Source of the DNA: Callorhinchus milii
Lineage: Eukaryota
Reading direction: 5' to 3'
DNA: 64,000 bases
Assembly: GCF_018977255.1 (NCBI RefSeq)
Contig: NW_024704743.1
Span: forward strand, 58,034,001-58,098,000
Position numbers and translations under genes: made by a program. The stretch's first letter is position 1. Each line of letters begins with the position of its first letter. The notes under the pieces were generated by a model that saw nothing but the letters and a program-made list of their open reading frames with translations, was not told the DNA's origin and ran no database searches. This document shows positions 36,675-50,396 of the stretch, piece by piece.

Positions 36675-37180
36675 GGTTTTGGGGGAGCCGAGCCACGGGG
36701 ATAGGAGGTGACTGTAAGCACGCTCGAAAAGGAAGGTCTTTAGGCAGGATTTAAAAGTGGAGAGAGAAGTGGCAATATGGAGGGATTGTCGGGACCTAAT
36801 AGCTGAAGGTATGGTCACCAATGTTGGAGCGGAGGGGACGAGGGACAAATAGGAGGCTGGAGCCAACCGAGTGGAGGTAGCAGGTGATGGAGTGGGGGTG
36901 GGTAAGCAGATAGGATAGGTGATGAGGTGCAAGGGCATGAAGGGATTTGAAAATGAGTGAAAGGATCTTGAAATCGATCCGTTTGGTAATTGGGAGACAG
37001 TGGAGTCTGACAAGGACTTGTGTGATGGGAGAACAGAGTTTTGTGTTGGTGAGTATCCAGGCGGTGGTGTTTTGGAGTAATTGAATTTTGTGTATGGTGG
37101 AGCTGGGGAGACCGCAAGGAGGGTATTGGAATAGTCCAGGTGGGAAGTGATAAAGGCGTGGATAAGGGTTTCAGCTGCAT
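36675..37180 (-). mobile_element. L2 3' fragment
   Basis: AAETLIHAFITSHLDYSNTLL..FKSCLKTFLFERAY. Confidence 0.9.
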
Positions 37181-37202
37181 TGTACAGTGCTTCTAAGCAT
37201 TT

Positions 37203-37360
37203 TAATAATAATAATAATCTATGCATTTAATATAGCGCCTTACCACGTCTTCTAGACATCTCAAAGTGCTTCACAGAATTTACTGTAAAGTGAATTGACT
37301 GTATATTTGTGGGCAAAATGCAGCAGTCAATTGCACACAGCAGTGTTCCTCACAACAGAT
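37203..37360 (-). mobile_element. SINE 3' half
   Basis: (aat)n plus reverse-complement SINE tail and body. Confidence 0.8.
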
Positions 37361-37462
37361 GTTAGGGCACTGGTCTATAACACCCAGGCTAAGATACATT
37401 GCTGATCAGTATAAAGGAATCCATACTTTATCTTGACCCATGCTATATGATATTGTTATGCT

Positions 37463-37670
37463 GGGGAACACTGCATCATTGGAGGTGCCGTCCTTTGGAT
37501 AAACTGTTAATCTGAGGCCCCATCTACCTGTTCAAGTTAATGTTAAAGATTCTATGGCACTATTCAAAAAAGTGAGTTTCTCCTGGTGTCCTCGTCAACA
37601 TTCTCCCAAATAAAATTGGTTGTTCACGTCATGGCTATTTGTGGGATATTGCTGGGTGAAAATTGACTGG
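37463..37670 (+). mobile_element. Old Deu-domain SINE fragment
   Basis: ggaggtgccgtcctttggat..aaagattctatggcactattc..tctcctggtgtcctcg. Confidence 0.75.
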
Positions 37671-38789
37671 ACTGCTGAGATCACCAGAGAGGTTTGACAA
37701 GAGTCCGATATTCTGTTTCAAGTGTGTCAATTTGGAGCCAACTCAGACAATGGGGACCCTGCCTACCTCCTCCCATGAGGGTAGTTAACAATAAATAGAG
37801 TAATGTATATCTATGATACACTAGATGGTGCTGTTCTATTCTCAACACTTAATTGAGAAGGCATTGCACAAAATTTAAACCAAACAGTTTATTTAGAAAT
37901 ACAATGTTGCTTCTTGAAACCACAACAGTTAAAATATATCACTGTTTTTTTATTATGGTATTGTTAGATGTAAACTTACTGCATAGATTTAATTTTGTTT
38001 TCATTGCTATTCTGTATTATGAAGCATAATGAAGTGTAGACGTGAAAAATGCATTGTTTCATAGAAGATTCAATGTGCCAGTTATCAGTTATAAACAATG
38101 CATATTTCAGCCCATGGTTGTCAGAATGTTTAATATAAATCTGTGATATGAATTTAATATTCTATGTAGCTTTGTTGGGATTTTGTTCTTAGCATGCTCA
38201 GCATTATCCTTCCTGAACTAAAATTATACACTTTGACGTGTCTTCCAATTTGTTTGCATTTGCTGAGCTAAAGCTCTCAACAGCTCATTCACCTGTGATG
38301 TTTAACAGCTGGCAATTCAATGCAATGGGGCCACAAAGGGCACTGTCTTTCCGGAAACTAGATATTAAAATCTCTTTTGCTTGGAGGAGAAGTGTGCACC
38401 ACTTTCATCACAGGGGTGCCACGTATAAGCTATGCAATGATGTGGATAAAAGTGATTTATGTCAAAAAGTCGTGTTTGCAAACTTTCACAAAAATAAATG
38501 GCACTTTTAAATGTCAAGCCATGGGATTATGATAGTCAAAGTTGTCATTTTTTCTTGGGCTTGTCAAAAGACTTCTCGCCAGACTCAGAAGGCAATACGT
38601 TTACACAAATATTTTGAGAACATTCTAGGCAACTCAACTAGTTGAACACCGAACAAAGGACCAAACTGGTTTAGATTCAAATCCATTTAAAGCTTGAAGC
38701 TTCCAAAAGCAATTCAATGCCAAATTGTACATAAGAAAGCCCAAAGGGCAGGACAATTCTAGCTGGACAAAAGATTCCAAGGTCATGAA

Positions 38790-39610
38790 AGAGATTCAGA
38801 TGAACAAGGTCCTTCACCCCATTTGATATCACCTTCCAGAATATCCACCCTATTTCAGCTGGATGTATGACACATGTGGAAACCTATATCCACGCTACTA
38901 CCCTTCCTTCACAGCATTAAGCTGTTTTTAAATGACTCCAACATCTGGTCCTCTAACTACCCTGTCTGGTACCTCGTTCCAATTGTTTATTATCATCTGG
39001 GTAAAGAGATACATTCTGATGTCTGTCCTGAAATCTGCAGTCCTAATCCTTGCTCTCTTGTTCTGCTGTCTTGGGGCATCCAAAGGTATTGTTTTGGGTT
39101 TATCTTCTCAATCCCATTTAGAATCCTACATAGCTCTTAAAGGTCGTTCCTGAGAAATCTCCTTTCAAGACTGAAGAGCCCTATCTTCTGTCATTTTTGC
39201 TGTGTATTCTTTGTTCATGGCTCATTCTTCTAACAGTGGGCATCATTCTTGTCTCTAGAGCCTGGGCAACCCGCTTATGCTGCGGGGAACTGAACTGTAT
39301 GAAGTACTCCAGGTGCAGCCTGACCAGAGCACTGCACAGCTTGAGTAAGACTTGCAGGGATTTGATCTTAGTAAGATAGCCCAGCATCCTATTTGTCTTG
39401 TTTATTGCTGCTTTACACTGTTTTGACATGATGAACGACTAATTCCCCAGATCTCTTTCAGCTTCCCTCCAGCCAAGTCCACTCCATCCAAAGAATACAC
39501 ATGACTCCTATTCTTGTTTCCTATATACAATACATTGCAATTATCTGTAGTGAACCTAATTTGATAGTCATCAGCCAATGTACATATACTATCAAGCTCT
39601 CTGTTTAAGA
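38790..39610 (-). mobile_element. CR1 ORF2 3' region
   Basis: MSKQCKAAINKTNRMLGYL..LVRLHLEYFIQFSSP. Confidence 0.85.
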
Positions 39611-40397
39611 TCAGTCAAAACATGGAATTACAAATGGTTGATTTCCTTCTATAGTTCAATGTGATTGTTTGCCTGTCTTTTTTGATCCATAAATACTTAA
39701 AGTTGTCTTTTAATTGTAATTTTAATTTTCTTTCATCTTTGCCTCCATTGCTGACCTCTATCATGTGGGAAAGTACAATGTTTTAGGTTCTGGCAACAAC
39801 TTGTGCCATTCTGTATTGGACAACAGATGGCACAGTCTGGAGGGTAGGAAAGGACACCGGGTATTGAATTGTTCTCCTCCCAAATGGGACAATCTGCTAT
39901 TTTGCAGCAGGGTGCTGCTAAAACTTGCCCATGAGTGATTGAGTTCAAACAAGTTCACAGAGGAACATTGCATTCTTAACTCCTGTATATATTTGCACAT
40001 CTTGCATTGTCTTCAGCTCTGTAATGCAGCTTCCTGCCAATTACAGATCCAGGTAATAATATTACGGAGCTGAGATTGGTAGCACATTTGTGGTTAAAGC
40101 ATGGGCTGACTTTGCATTTGATATAGTGCCTTTCACGTCGTTGAAACGTCTCAAAATGCTTCACAGGATACACTGTAAAGTGGAGTGACTGTGTATTTTG
40201 TGGGCAAAATAATAATAATTATTGCATAATACTTGAATTTGATATAGGAGCTTATCATATCGTGAAAACGTTTGTGCATTTAACTGCAACATTTCTTCTT
40301 TGTAATAGGAAATAGTGTGTCAAATTATTTTCTAATTTTCTTAGACCAGCAAACTCAGCACTAACTGGAATTTCCAACCTGTGAGCTACTGATCCAT

Positions 40398-40612
40398 AAA
40401 ATGGGATTTTCAGTGTCCACCTGAAGAGGCAGAAGGGACCTTGGTTTAATGTTTTATTCAAAGGACAGGACTTCTAGCAATGCAGCACCACCCCAGCACT
40501 GTATTGGAGTGTCAGGCTAGACAATATAGGTTTCACATCCCAATACGGGTCTTGAACCCACAACGTTTTGACTCAGAGGCAAGAGTGCTACAAACTGAGC
40601 CAGGCTGACACA
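40398..40612 (-). mobile_element. Old Deu SINE 5' half
   Basis: Reverse-complement head gtgtcagcctggctcagtttgtagcactcttgcctctgagtc plus Deu core. Confidence 0.8.
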
Positions 40613-40622
40613 CAATGCACAC

Positions 40623-40999
40623 TAAATAATCCTTGCATTTGATATGGCACCTTATCCTATCTTCGAGACATCTCAAAGTGCTTCACAGAATATACTGTAA
40701 AGTAAACTGACTGTATATTTTGTGGGCGAAATGCAGCAGCCAATTGTGCACAGCAGTGACCCATAAACAGTCGTAGATTGAGTGACAAAATGATTATTGT
40801 TTTTATTTATTTTGAAGGGATTATTAACCCCGGAAAAGCAATCTGCCAATCAACTAACAACTGGGTTTTTACTTACTGCTAGATAAACTGAGGCGTGTGG
40901 AGTAAGGAAACTTGCCCAACGTTTTGCCCTGCCTGGGAATCAAACCCAGGTCCTCTCGCTTGCGAGGCGAGTGCTCTAACTACTAAGCTACAGGACTCC
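40623..40999 (-). mobile_element. Full-length older SINE (long subfamily)
   Basis: tRNA head, extra ~70-bp internal segment, tail. Confidence 0.9.
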
Positions 41000-42039
41000 T
41001 CTAACATACAAATATCCACACATTCATGCATGCCTGTATTGTCAAACACACCTTTAAACAGGAGGGTAATTTGTTTTATTAACTGCCTTTGCTCTATTTT
41101 AATTTGCAGAATCCTTTTATCCACAGCCTCATCTTTAATTAGCACTAAATCTTCCAAGAAAATATTCTTGGAATTATTAGCACTTTCCAGTGTAAGAACT
41201 ATACATCAACCCAAGTGTATGTCCTTCTGTAATGATATTAATTGCTGGCTGTATCTCTTCAATATCAGTCACTTTGTCAGGTGAATTCACAAGTAGGGAT
41301 TCAAATATTGATTAAAACTGAAAGCCACAGAATGTAGCAATAGAACAGAACAATTACTGAAGCACAGATAGCATCTCAGGCATTTCCTACGCAATGACAG
41401 ACCTTTTTGAGATGTAAAGCCAAGAGAATTATTTTAGATGTATGAATTGCTGGAAAATGGTTAGGTTTATTTATTTAGGACAAAGTCAATAACCGAGAGA
41501 AATCGGAAATGAGGAGTTGGGACATGTGAGTTGATTCCAGTTGGAGGTAATGAGACTGGCTATTTCACACGGTAAGATAAGCTAGGTTTGATTTGCTTTG
41601 CTTCCTATCATAAAGAGGCCTAGTGTAGGCTGGACCTGGATAGTGTAACTACTAACAAGTTGATATTTATTTATGAGCAGGCTTAGGAACTTACATATTT
41701 TCATTGTAACCATAGTGATACAAGTTAGAAAAGGGACTCTTGAGAGATAGGTTGAGATATAAATTCATGTAATTTGAGAAAAGAAACCCTTCTATGTAGC
41801 TTGAGCAAACGGTGAAATTGTTCAGGGACTCGGTTTTGCGAAGCCGTTATTAGGGCCAAAATCCTGGCAACTAAATGTTGGAAGTGTGAGAGTTTGTTTG
41901 TTTTTGTGCTGGAAATACAGCACAGCCATATTTTACTGAATACAATGTTCATCAAGTGGCTGACTGCAAAGCTATTTAGATGATGAGAATCCTGCAAGCT
42001 GCTCACAAGAGACTCTTTGTATTTTTATTGCTCGGTCCA

Positions 42040-42700
42040 GAATAGATCATCTGATTCCACAGTCCCTTCAAATTAGTATCATCTACAAGTATTACTAACT
42101 CACATGGAGTCTGCATATTTCAGATCAATATGTTTGTAAGGAACAGGAGGTGCCTCAGTGTAGACTCTGAGACATCTCACTTCACACCTTCCTTCACTTT
42201 TGGCCTAGTTCCCCAAACAACTATCCTCGGCTCCCTTCCCTTCAACCAATTTTGAATCCATTTCCAAGTCTTTTCCTTGATACCCAGTGATATTTGTTTA
42301 TGAAGGAGGGCTTCCTATCATACTTTATTAAATGTAATTTGGAAGTCTAAGAACACCATGTGATAGGATTTTCTATAGTCAGTTGGGGATGTCACTACCT
42401 GTAAAACGTCGATGAGATTGGTCAAACAAGATTTCCCCCTTCTGTTTGCTGTCATCTATTAACTTATTTTTATACAGGTTATATACTATTTTGTTGTGAT
42501 AATTGATTCCATCATATTTCCAATTATTGAGGTCAAGCTAAAAGATCTAGAGTTGCCACCTATGATTCTGTCACTTTTCTTGAATATGGGATCACATTCG
42601 CTTGCTTCCAGTCTCTTGAAACCTCAGCAGTTGTGACTGATGGCCTCATGTCTGACAGTGTTACACAAATCTCCTGCCTGTCTCCCTGGCTACCTTGTGG
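42040..42700 (-). mobile_element. Degraded CR1 RT region
   Basis: Reverse complement shows PIFKK.DR..GNSRSFSLTS, FLDFQITFNKV and VDDTNL-like remnants. Confidence 0.65.
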
Positions 42701-43451
42701 TGCAACTCATCCATCTTGGGGTTTTGTTAGTTTTCAAATCTCTTGTGCCTATCTGGAGCCTCAGTCTTGCTTATGTCAAACTCCTGAAGCACAAACTATG
42801 TTTGCTGGGTGTTCAGTGCTTTGTTTCTAGTGTTCTCCCTGGTAACTCTTCCCCTCTCATCCTTGGCCCAATAGTTCTAGCTGAGGATTTTTGATGCTGC
42901 TCTTAATCATGGAGCTGGGTGTTTGAGTGCAGATGAAAACATGACATTGACTTAACTCTATCAGTATCTAATGCTACCTCCAGGATTTAAAATGACAGTG
43001 GCTTGGGATTTACGAAAAGGAAGATGGCACCAATTTTCTTTTCAAAAGCAATTGTGTGGAAGTCAGGGGTATGTTAGATTTCACAGATGATCTTAAGAAT
43101 AACTGAAAATAACTAACTGTTTCATGACAGTTTTGACTTGATATTATCATATCAAATTCATTACGAAATGCTGTAAATTTCACCGTAAGATGTCTAGTTT
43201 TATTGATCATTCATTGTGTGTTTTGAAATCACTAGATGGAATAATGGGCTTTCTCACACTGTTAGAGTCAGTGCATAGTTCAGTCACTATTAATTCCAAT
43301 TCTTTTTACTTGAATTTAGTAGGAGGAATGATGGTAAGAACCTCTCAACAAAGTTTACTTTAGCCACCTCATTCAGGCACTGGCTTCCTCTGGGATTCAT
43401 TACAGAATTTAGTAAGTAAAAGGGATATGTTGCTTCATGTGTAATACAGTA

Positions 43452-43835
43452 TTAATAATAATAACAATCCTTACGTTTGATCATCGTGCCCTCTCATGTC
43501 AAAATGTCGCAAAGCGCTATTCTGTAAATTGTCTTTGTAGGTGAATGTGACAGTCAATTTGCGCACATCAATGTCCCACAAACAGCCATGAAATTAATGA
43601 TCACATTATTATTTGGAAGATTGTAGGCTAGGGTATTGGGAGAAACTTCCTTCTCTTTAAGGATAGTGTTATTAGATCTTTAACATTCACCTGAACAGAG
43701 AATTAGGACCTTGCTTCAACTTCTCATCCGAAGGACAACACCTCTGACAATACAGCTCTCCTCCAGCACTACATGGGGATTGAATATGGGGATTGTACTC
43801 ACAAACTCTGACTCCAACTGAACCAGGCTGACATC
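43452..43835 (-). mobile_element. Old full-length Deu SINE
   Basis: Tail, Deu core and head remnants in order. Confidence 0.78.
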
Positions 43836-43934
43836 TTAACATGCGTCTTTGTCACTGCCCAGTAAATCAAGTTTTGCGATTCCAGAGCCCCGGTTCCTGA
43901 GAACACTTAAATAATTTGGAATGGCAAGATATGT

Positions 43935-44255
43935 GGAGTCCTGTAGCTCAGTGGTTAGAGCACTCGCTTTGCAAGTGAGAGACCTGAGTTCAATTCCAGG
44001 CAGGGCGAAACCTTGGGCAAGTTTCCTTACTCCACACGCCTAATAATAATCCCTCCAAAAACAAAAAAAACAATAATAAATTGGTCATTTTCAATCTACG
44101 ACTGTTTGTGGGACATTGCTGTGCGCAATTGGCTGCCGCGTTCGCCCACAAATATACAGTCAATTCACTTTACAGTCTATTCTGTGAAGCGCTTTGGGAC
44201 GTCCTCCCGACGTGAAAAGCGCTATATCAAATGCAAGGATTATTATTATTATTAT
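43935..44255 (+). mobile_element. Young tRNA-Ala-like SINE (short subfamily)
   Basis: Near-identical to the other young copies; possible tatgt TSD overlapping the tail. Confidence 0.95.
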
Positions 44256-45401
44256 GTCAACTAACTTCTGTCCCCTATGATTTATAATGACACCATTTCT
44301 TTCAAACTAGGACATAGAGTAGATGTTATCAGACTACAGTTGGACACAAGTGTGCTTTCCACTAGGACAGTAAACATGCTGGGTTTACGTCAAGCTCTTT
44401 ACAAAGTGTCATTGAAATTAATTTGATTCATTGTTGGCTTATAAATGGCATTAAGCCTTGTGCTCCAAAGCATCATCCAAGTGAACACATTTGTGGCACG
44501 TAAATTTGGTATGAAACATATCCAACCCTGAATAAATCCCAATCTACAGATGTCCAATCAAGCTGAGTTTGTGTATAAAATGTTTTGAATGCCTGTGGTG
44601 CTGGTGGTTTTATTTCAGACACGGTTGTGCTATCACTCCTGAGCAATCAGTTCTGCTGATTCCCTCTTTATACTGTCAGCCCCATCTGATCACTTTCACT
44701 TTAGGTCAGGATGATGGGAGTTGAATGCGATCCCTCAGGGTTTATAGTCTGTGCTGCCTATGAGTCAAACATGCACTAGTAGGTGATAAATTGCCTGCTC
44801 TTGAGCCTCTTCATGGACCAGGCCAGTACTGTTTCAGCCCCTCAATAACCTTTTTTTCACTTTAAAAATGTTTGGATTGTTTGCAGAATACAACCTTGAT
44901 ATTGAGAGAAAGTTTAGTTCTAAACTGTATTATCGTAACATTGGTCAGAATTTAAGAACATAATTAATTAGTGGATGTTTTTCCAGTAGAGTGCAGCCCC
45001 ATTATAACCCACATCTGTATAGCTTGGATTTGGTTATAACATTGTTGTTTTATGGACCCTATTCACTGTGCATTTGGCAGCCATCTAATTACATTCCGTG
45101 TCCCAGTCGACTCTTGTGCTGAAGCGATCAACTTCCAGATTATTTGGTCATTGCTGTTGACACTTTTCTGCTGCTTTGGGCATGAACAGAACATAAGGAT
45201 TGATAATTGATCACTTATAGTCAACCTCTGTAGCTTTCCATTTGCTGACAATGGACAACTTCTGGATCATTAGGTCACTGCCAACTTCACTTCCTGTTTG
45301 TGTACATGCAATGAATTTTTGCCATGGATTTTAACCTCCATCTTTCAGCAAGTCTGCACTTTAAATCTTATGGATATTAAAACATGATGAATAATCTGCA
45401 G

Positions 45402-45755
45402 ATAATAATAAAAAGCCTTGTATTTGATATAGTGCCTTATCATGTCTTTGAAACATCTCAACACACACTTCACAGGATTTACTGCAGAGCATAGTGGTTG
45501 AATCCTGTAGGTGAATGTAGCAGCTAATTTGTACACTTCAATGTCCGAGAAGCAGTCATAACATGAATGACTAATTTTATCTGGAGTATTGTTGGCCAGG
45601 ACACTGGGAGAAAGTCCCTCCTCTTTTCGAATAGTAGCACGGGATGTTTAACAAGCAGATGGAACCTTGGTTTAATGTTTCATCCAAAGGATGACACCTC
45701 CAACAATGCATTGAATCCTTAGCACTGTACTGCAGTGTCAGCCTGGATTGTGAGT
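45402..45755 (-). mobile_element. Old Deu SINE
   Basis: ttggccaggacactgggagaaagtccctcctcttttcgaatagtagcacggga is the reverse-complement Deu core. Confidence 0.75.
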
Positions 45756-45764
45756 TCAAAGTGC

Positions 45765-46180
45765 AAACTATATTTTTGGTCTTTAAAACATACTGAAACC
45801 CACCACCATGCTTGAGAGAATTCAAACCAGAGTTCCATAAATGTATGTTACTTACACCTAGAAATTTCTGTGTGTCTGGAAATTCTGAAGAGTATTTGGT
45901 GCAGGTTGGCAAGAGAGAAAGCTTATGGATCCCAGAGGAATGGGGTAGTGTTGGAGTTAAGAGTTAAAATCCAAACTCACACAGCTTATAATTGAAAGCA
46001 CTGTCTGGCAAGCTTTCCACTCCTTGTCTAGTTAGGACCATCCTACCAGTTACAGTTTGGCCAGTAGGGTTAAAAGGAGCTGAGTAGGAAAAATCCCTGC
46101 TCCAAGTGATTTGGCTGTGGTTAAACTCACAAGCTTCTGATTCAGAGGCGAGAATCCTATCAACTGACTGGCGCACGCAT
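45765..46180 (-). repeat. Unclassified old interspersed repeat (family X), with an adjoining tRNA-like head
   Basis: Collinear with 25565-25965; the head-like reverse complement cagtcagttgataggattctcgcctctgaatcagaagcttgtgagtttaa lies at ~46110-46175. Confidence 0.6.
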
Positions 46181-46416
46181 TCCATTTGCCTGTTCCCCAG
46201 TTCACCATAAATCCACCTAACTGTTTGGTTCTGAACTTCACAAATGACCGAAAGACCAATAACACACAACCAATCTTCTGACTTAGAGGCAAGATTGCTA
46301 CCAATTGAGCTAGACTGACTCACTGAGCTGAAACACTGAACCAGCTGATACAAGCCTAGAGGACATGGAGGAACGTTCCATTGCCGTAGGTCTCACTTTG
46401 CAAATGAAACATTTAA

Positions 46417-48870
46417 TTGAGTCCCCTTAGCTTGTTCTCCTTACACATAAACTCCCCCACTCACAGTCACGGCCACCCACTCGATTTGGTGATCACCTGG
46501 GGCCTCAGTGTCTCGGATGTCACTATTACCGACAAGGCCATCTCTGACCACTACTTCATCTCCTTCACCACCTCCACCCCCCTCCCCACCTCCACCAGAC
46601 CCACCACCATCTTCTACCGCCCTTGGAAGAAGTTACCCCCACAATCCCTAACCGATGCCTTGGAGTCCTCTGAACTCCTCTCCCTCTGGCCTTCAACCCT
46701 CACCGACCCCTCTTCTCCTCTCTCCCTCCTCCACAATACCCTCTCCTCCACACTCGATACTCTTGCCCCCATCACTTCCCGCACTGTCTCCTACTCCCGC
46801 TCCTCCCCCTGGTACACCACCCACCTCCGCTCACTGAAAAGCCAGGTGCGGGCTGCTGAACGCACCTGTGTCAAATCTGGCCTAACGGTCCACCGACAAA
46901 TCTGGCTGGACCTCCTCAAAATTTACCGCTCCACTCTAGCCTCGGCCAAGTCGTCCTTCTACTCCAGGATAATCCTGGAGGCGAAGAACAACCCCAGGCT
47001 ACTGTTTTCCACCACAACCCGACTCCTCCGTCCCCCCCGCCACCCCGCGCAGGTCATCTCCTCCAACCTTCACTGCGAGGAGATGCTGGATTTCCTTGAA
47101 TCCAAGATCAAGGGAATCCGCTCCGCGGTCACTTCCCCTCCAACTTCCACCCACCACCCACCCCTTCCCTCCCACACTCCGACTCCTACCCATCCTCCCC
47201 TACACACCTTCGTACCCGTTTCCCCACCCTCTGTCACTGAACTCATCCTATCCCTAAAACCAACCACCTGCTCCCTTGACCCCATCCCCACTCCACTCCT
47301 TATCTCCCAGCTCCACTTTCTTGCCCCACATATCACTGACATCATCAACCTGTCCCTCTCCTCTGGCTCTGTCCCCATTCCATTAAAAACTGCCATCATC
47401 ACGCCCACCCTGAAAAAACCCTCCCTTGATGCGTCGCAGCTATCAAGCTACCGGCCCATCTCCAACCTCCCCTTTCTCTCCAAGGTCTTGGAAAGAGTTG
47501 TCGCCTCCCAACTGCGCTCTTTCCTTTCCACCCATTCTCTTTTCGAACCCCTTCAGTCAGGTTTCCGTGCTGCCCATAGCACAGAAACTGCCCTGGTCAA
47601 GGTCACCAATGATATCCTGACCATCTGTGACCAGGGCTCCCTCTGTCTCCTCGTCCTCCTCGACCTATCGGCAGCATTCGATACGGTCGACCACGCTATC
47701 CTACTCCACCGCTTGTCCTCCCACCTCAACCTTCAAGGCACTGTCCTTGAATGGTTTAGGTCGTACCTCTCCCACCGTCTTCACTTTGTCTCGACGAATG
47801 GCTTCTCCTCCACCCCCCGTACTGTCTCATGTGGTGTCCCTCAGGGCTCTGTCCTCGGTCCCCTCCTCTTCACCCTCTATATGCTCCCCCTCGGTGACAT
47901 CATCCGCAGACATGGAGTTAACTTCCACATGTATGCGGATGACACCCAACTCTACCTTTCCTCCTCTACTCTCAACTCCACGACCACCGATGTCCTGACA
48001 GCCTGCCTGTCCGACATCGAGTCCTGGACGAGAGACAACTTTCTTCAGCTCAACGTGCGAAAAACCGAGGCCCTCCTGATTGGCTCACGTCAGCGCCTCC
48101 GCACCTCAGGCGCTGACACCATCAGCATCCAAGGCTGCACTCTCCACCTCTCAAAGCCAGTCAGGAACCTCGGCGTTTTGTTCGACCCTGAGCTGTCCTT
48201 TCTCCCTCACATCCGCACCACAACTGGCACCGCCTTCCATCACCTCCGGAACATCGCCAGACTACGGCACTACCTCACCCCTCACGCTGCTGAAACCCTG
48301 GTTCACGCCTTTGTCACCTCAAGGCTGGACTATGGGAACTCTCTCCTCGCCGGCCTTCCCGCCACCTCCCTCCACAAGCTGCAGGTCATTCAGAACTCTG
48401 CAGCTCGTGTACTGTCCCGCACCAGGCTTCGGGACCACATCACTCCCACCCTCGCTCGCCTCCACTGGCTCCCCATCCCCCAGAGGATTGATTTCAAGAT
48501 CCTCATCCTCACCTACAAGGCCATTCACGGCCTTGCTCCCTCCTACCTCTCCAACCTACTATCCCCCTACCTACCTGCCCGTACCCTCCGTTCCTCTGGC
48601 TCCGGTCTGCTCCACGTCCCCCGCCCCAACCGCCCTACTATCGGTGGTCGGGCCTTCAGCCTCTCAGCCCCAGGCTCTGGAACTCCATCCCCCAGTGCCT
48701 TCGCCGCTTCCTCCCTTTCCTCCTTCAAGGCCGGTCTCAAAACCTTTCTCTTTGACCGTGCCTTCAGCTCCCCTCTTGACTCTCTTCCCCTCCTCGCTCC
48801 CTCCCTTCCCTCCCCTCACCCTGACCATTTCCCCCCTCCTCGCTCCCTCCCTTCCCTCCCCTCACCCTGA
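46417..48870 (+). CDS. L2 ORF2 fragment: end of APE endonuclease + reverse transcriptase (no true ATG start, 5'-truncated)
   Basis: [20 protein letters not shown] (APE C-terminus); [65 protein letters not shown]; 817 codons without a stop. Confidence 0.95.
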   Translation: MSPLSLFSLHINSPTHSHGHPLDLVITWGLSVSDVTITDKAISDHYFISFTTSTPLPTSTRPTTIFYRPWKKLPPQSLTDALESSELLSLWPSTLTDPSSPLSLLHNTLSSTLDTLAPITSRTVSYSRSSPWYTTHLRSLKSQVRAAERTCVKSGLTVHRQIWLDLLKIYRSTLASAKSSFYSRIILEAKNNPRLLFSTTTRLLRPPRHPAQVISSNLHCEEMLDFLESKIKGIRSAVTSPPTSTHHPPLPSHTPTPTHPPLHTFVPVSPPSVTELILSLKPTTCSLDPIPTPLLISQLHFLAPHITDIINLSLSSGSVPIPLKTAIITPTLKKPSLDASQLSSYRPISNLPFLSKVLERVVASQLRSFLSTHSLFEPLQSGFRAAHSTETALVKVTNDILTICDQGSLCLLVLLDLSAAFDTVDHAILLHRLSSHLNLQGTVLEWFRSYLSHRLHFVSTNGFSSTPRTVSCGVPQGSVLGPLLFTLYMLPLGDIIRRHGVNFHMYADDTQLYLSSSTLNSTTTDVLTACLSDIESWTRDNFLQLNVRKTEALLIGSRQRLRTSGADTISIQGCTLHLSKPVRNLGVLFDPELSFLPHIRTTTGTAFHHLRNIARLRHYLTPHAAETLVHAFVTSRLDYGNSLLAGLPATSLHKLQVIQNSAARVLSRTRLRDHITPTLARLHWLPIPQRIDFKILILTYKAIHGLAPSYLSNLLSPYLPARTLRSSGSGLLHVPRPNRPTIGGRAFSLSAPGSGTPSPSAFAASSLSSFKAGLKTFLFDRAFSSPLDSLPLLAPSLPSPHPDHFPPPRSLPSLPSP

Positions 48871-49018
48871 CCATTTCCCCCCTCCTTGCTCCCTCCTTTC
48901 CCTCCCCTCACCCTGACCATTTCCCCCCCCTCTCTCCCTCCCTTCCCTCCCCTCACCCTGACCATTTCCCCCCTCCTCGCTCCCTCCCTACCCCCCTCAC
49001 CCTGACCATTTCCCCCTG
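48793..49018 (+). repeat. ~46-bp C-rich minisatellite, 5 units, in the L2 3' end
   Basis: Unit ctcgctccctcccttccctcccctcaccctgaccatttcccccctc counted five times. Confidence 0.95.
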
Positions 49019-50396
49019 CTCGGGTCATGACCCAACTGTGCAGCGCCTTGGGACGTCCTCCTGACGTGAAAGGCGCTTTATAAATGGAATCTTGTTGTTG
49101 TTGTTGTTGTTGTTCTCAGGCTTTTATTCAAAAAGAGAAGGGAATTTATCTTCATATCGTTACCAACAATCCAAATTAATTAGTCATTCATCTTATGGCT
49201 GTTTCTGGACAAATAAAGCCATGTTTCCCTGTAAGAAAAACATTTAGTGTACTTGGTAGAAATTACTTGTGAAGAACTCTGAAACATTTTGATGTGATAA
49301 AATGCTACAAAAATACAAGTTCTTTCTTTGTAGAGCAGGAGAAAAACAGGAAGGAAGTTAAAATTGATCAAATTCTACTAGAAAAATTATGCCACAAACA
49401 GAAAGTTGTCAAGAATGGAAGAAACTGCTGAAGGCAAAAAAAAAGATATACACTATATATGTAGTGTGATACATCATGGAAAGAGATCTTCAGTCCAACT
49501 AGTCTGTGCCAATGTTTATACTCATACTCTGAAAGCCCACCCCTCCAATTTCCCTCACCTACGCCCCTCTATTCTCTTCTTCCTCATGTATGCATCAAGT
49601 TTTTTCATAAACACTTGTTATTTTTTGCTTCAACCATAGTTTATAATGCTTTTCCTTTGGTCAGCTTTGAGAAACCCATCACCAGGCTTAAGAGTATCCA
49701 AACCAAACTGAGAAATCCACGTGTATGAGGCTTGGAGAAGGAAAGGCCCACCAGTCAATGATAAAATATGGGGAATGGAATAGAAAAGAAAGCTAAAGAT
49801 TGAGCATGGTATGTTCAAGACAGAAGAGATCTACAATAAAAGATAAGATCAGTTAACTCCACAGAAAACAAACTCTGTGTGTGGTCCTATTCTGAGGCAT
49901 CAGATTTTAGTTTAGTTAGAAGCACTACCACTTCAATCCTTAGAATTATAGTACAATAGAAATAAATGTGTGACACAGTAGGAGGTCATTTGACCCATTA
50001 TTTAATGTTTGTGTTTGCTTCTCTTTGAAGTAGTCCACTTTAATCCAATTTCCTTCCCCACACCCTCTAATAGCTGTCATCTCCATGTGCTTGTCCAACT
50101 CTTTTTTAAGTGTCCCAGTTGACTCTGCTCTAAAGATCAATTCAGACTCCTTCATATTAAACAGTTAATATTGCTTAAGATGGCCATTCCAAATGACTAC
50201 AATGTATGATATAAAGAACTAGGGAAGATCAGGAAGTATGTTGACCTACAAATTGAATGCGGACGCATGTGGCAGTGCAAGACAAGTATAGTTCCTACAA
50301 TCTGGTGCACCTGGAACTGTAAATAAAGATAATTCAGAAATGGTTTGACAAGATAGCTGGTGCACAAACAACATGAACAACAAAATTACATTTGTA

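Larger units (their letters stand above)
46417..49114 (+). mobile_element. Young 5'-truncated L2 LINE (2.7 kb)
   Basis: Long RT ORF, 3' minisatellite, conserved 3' stem-loop, (TTG)n tail; abrupt switch to C-rich composition at 46417. Confidence 0.98.

Noticed and set aside
39787..39850. SVLDNRWHSL, resembling a laminin-G motif
   Set aside because: Too short, weak acceptor, and no supporting neighbouring exons
48080..48916. 278-aa Pro/Ser-rich ORF and other ORFs overlapping the L2
   Set aside because: Alternative frames of C-rich L2 sequence that is depleted in stop codons
48793..49018. CRISPR-like array
   Set aside because: Head-to-tail repeats with no unique spacers, inside a eukaryotic LINE
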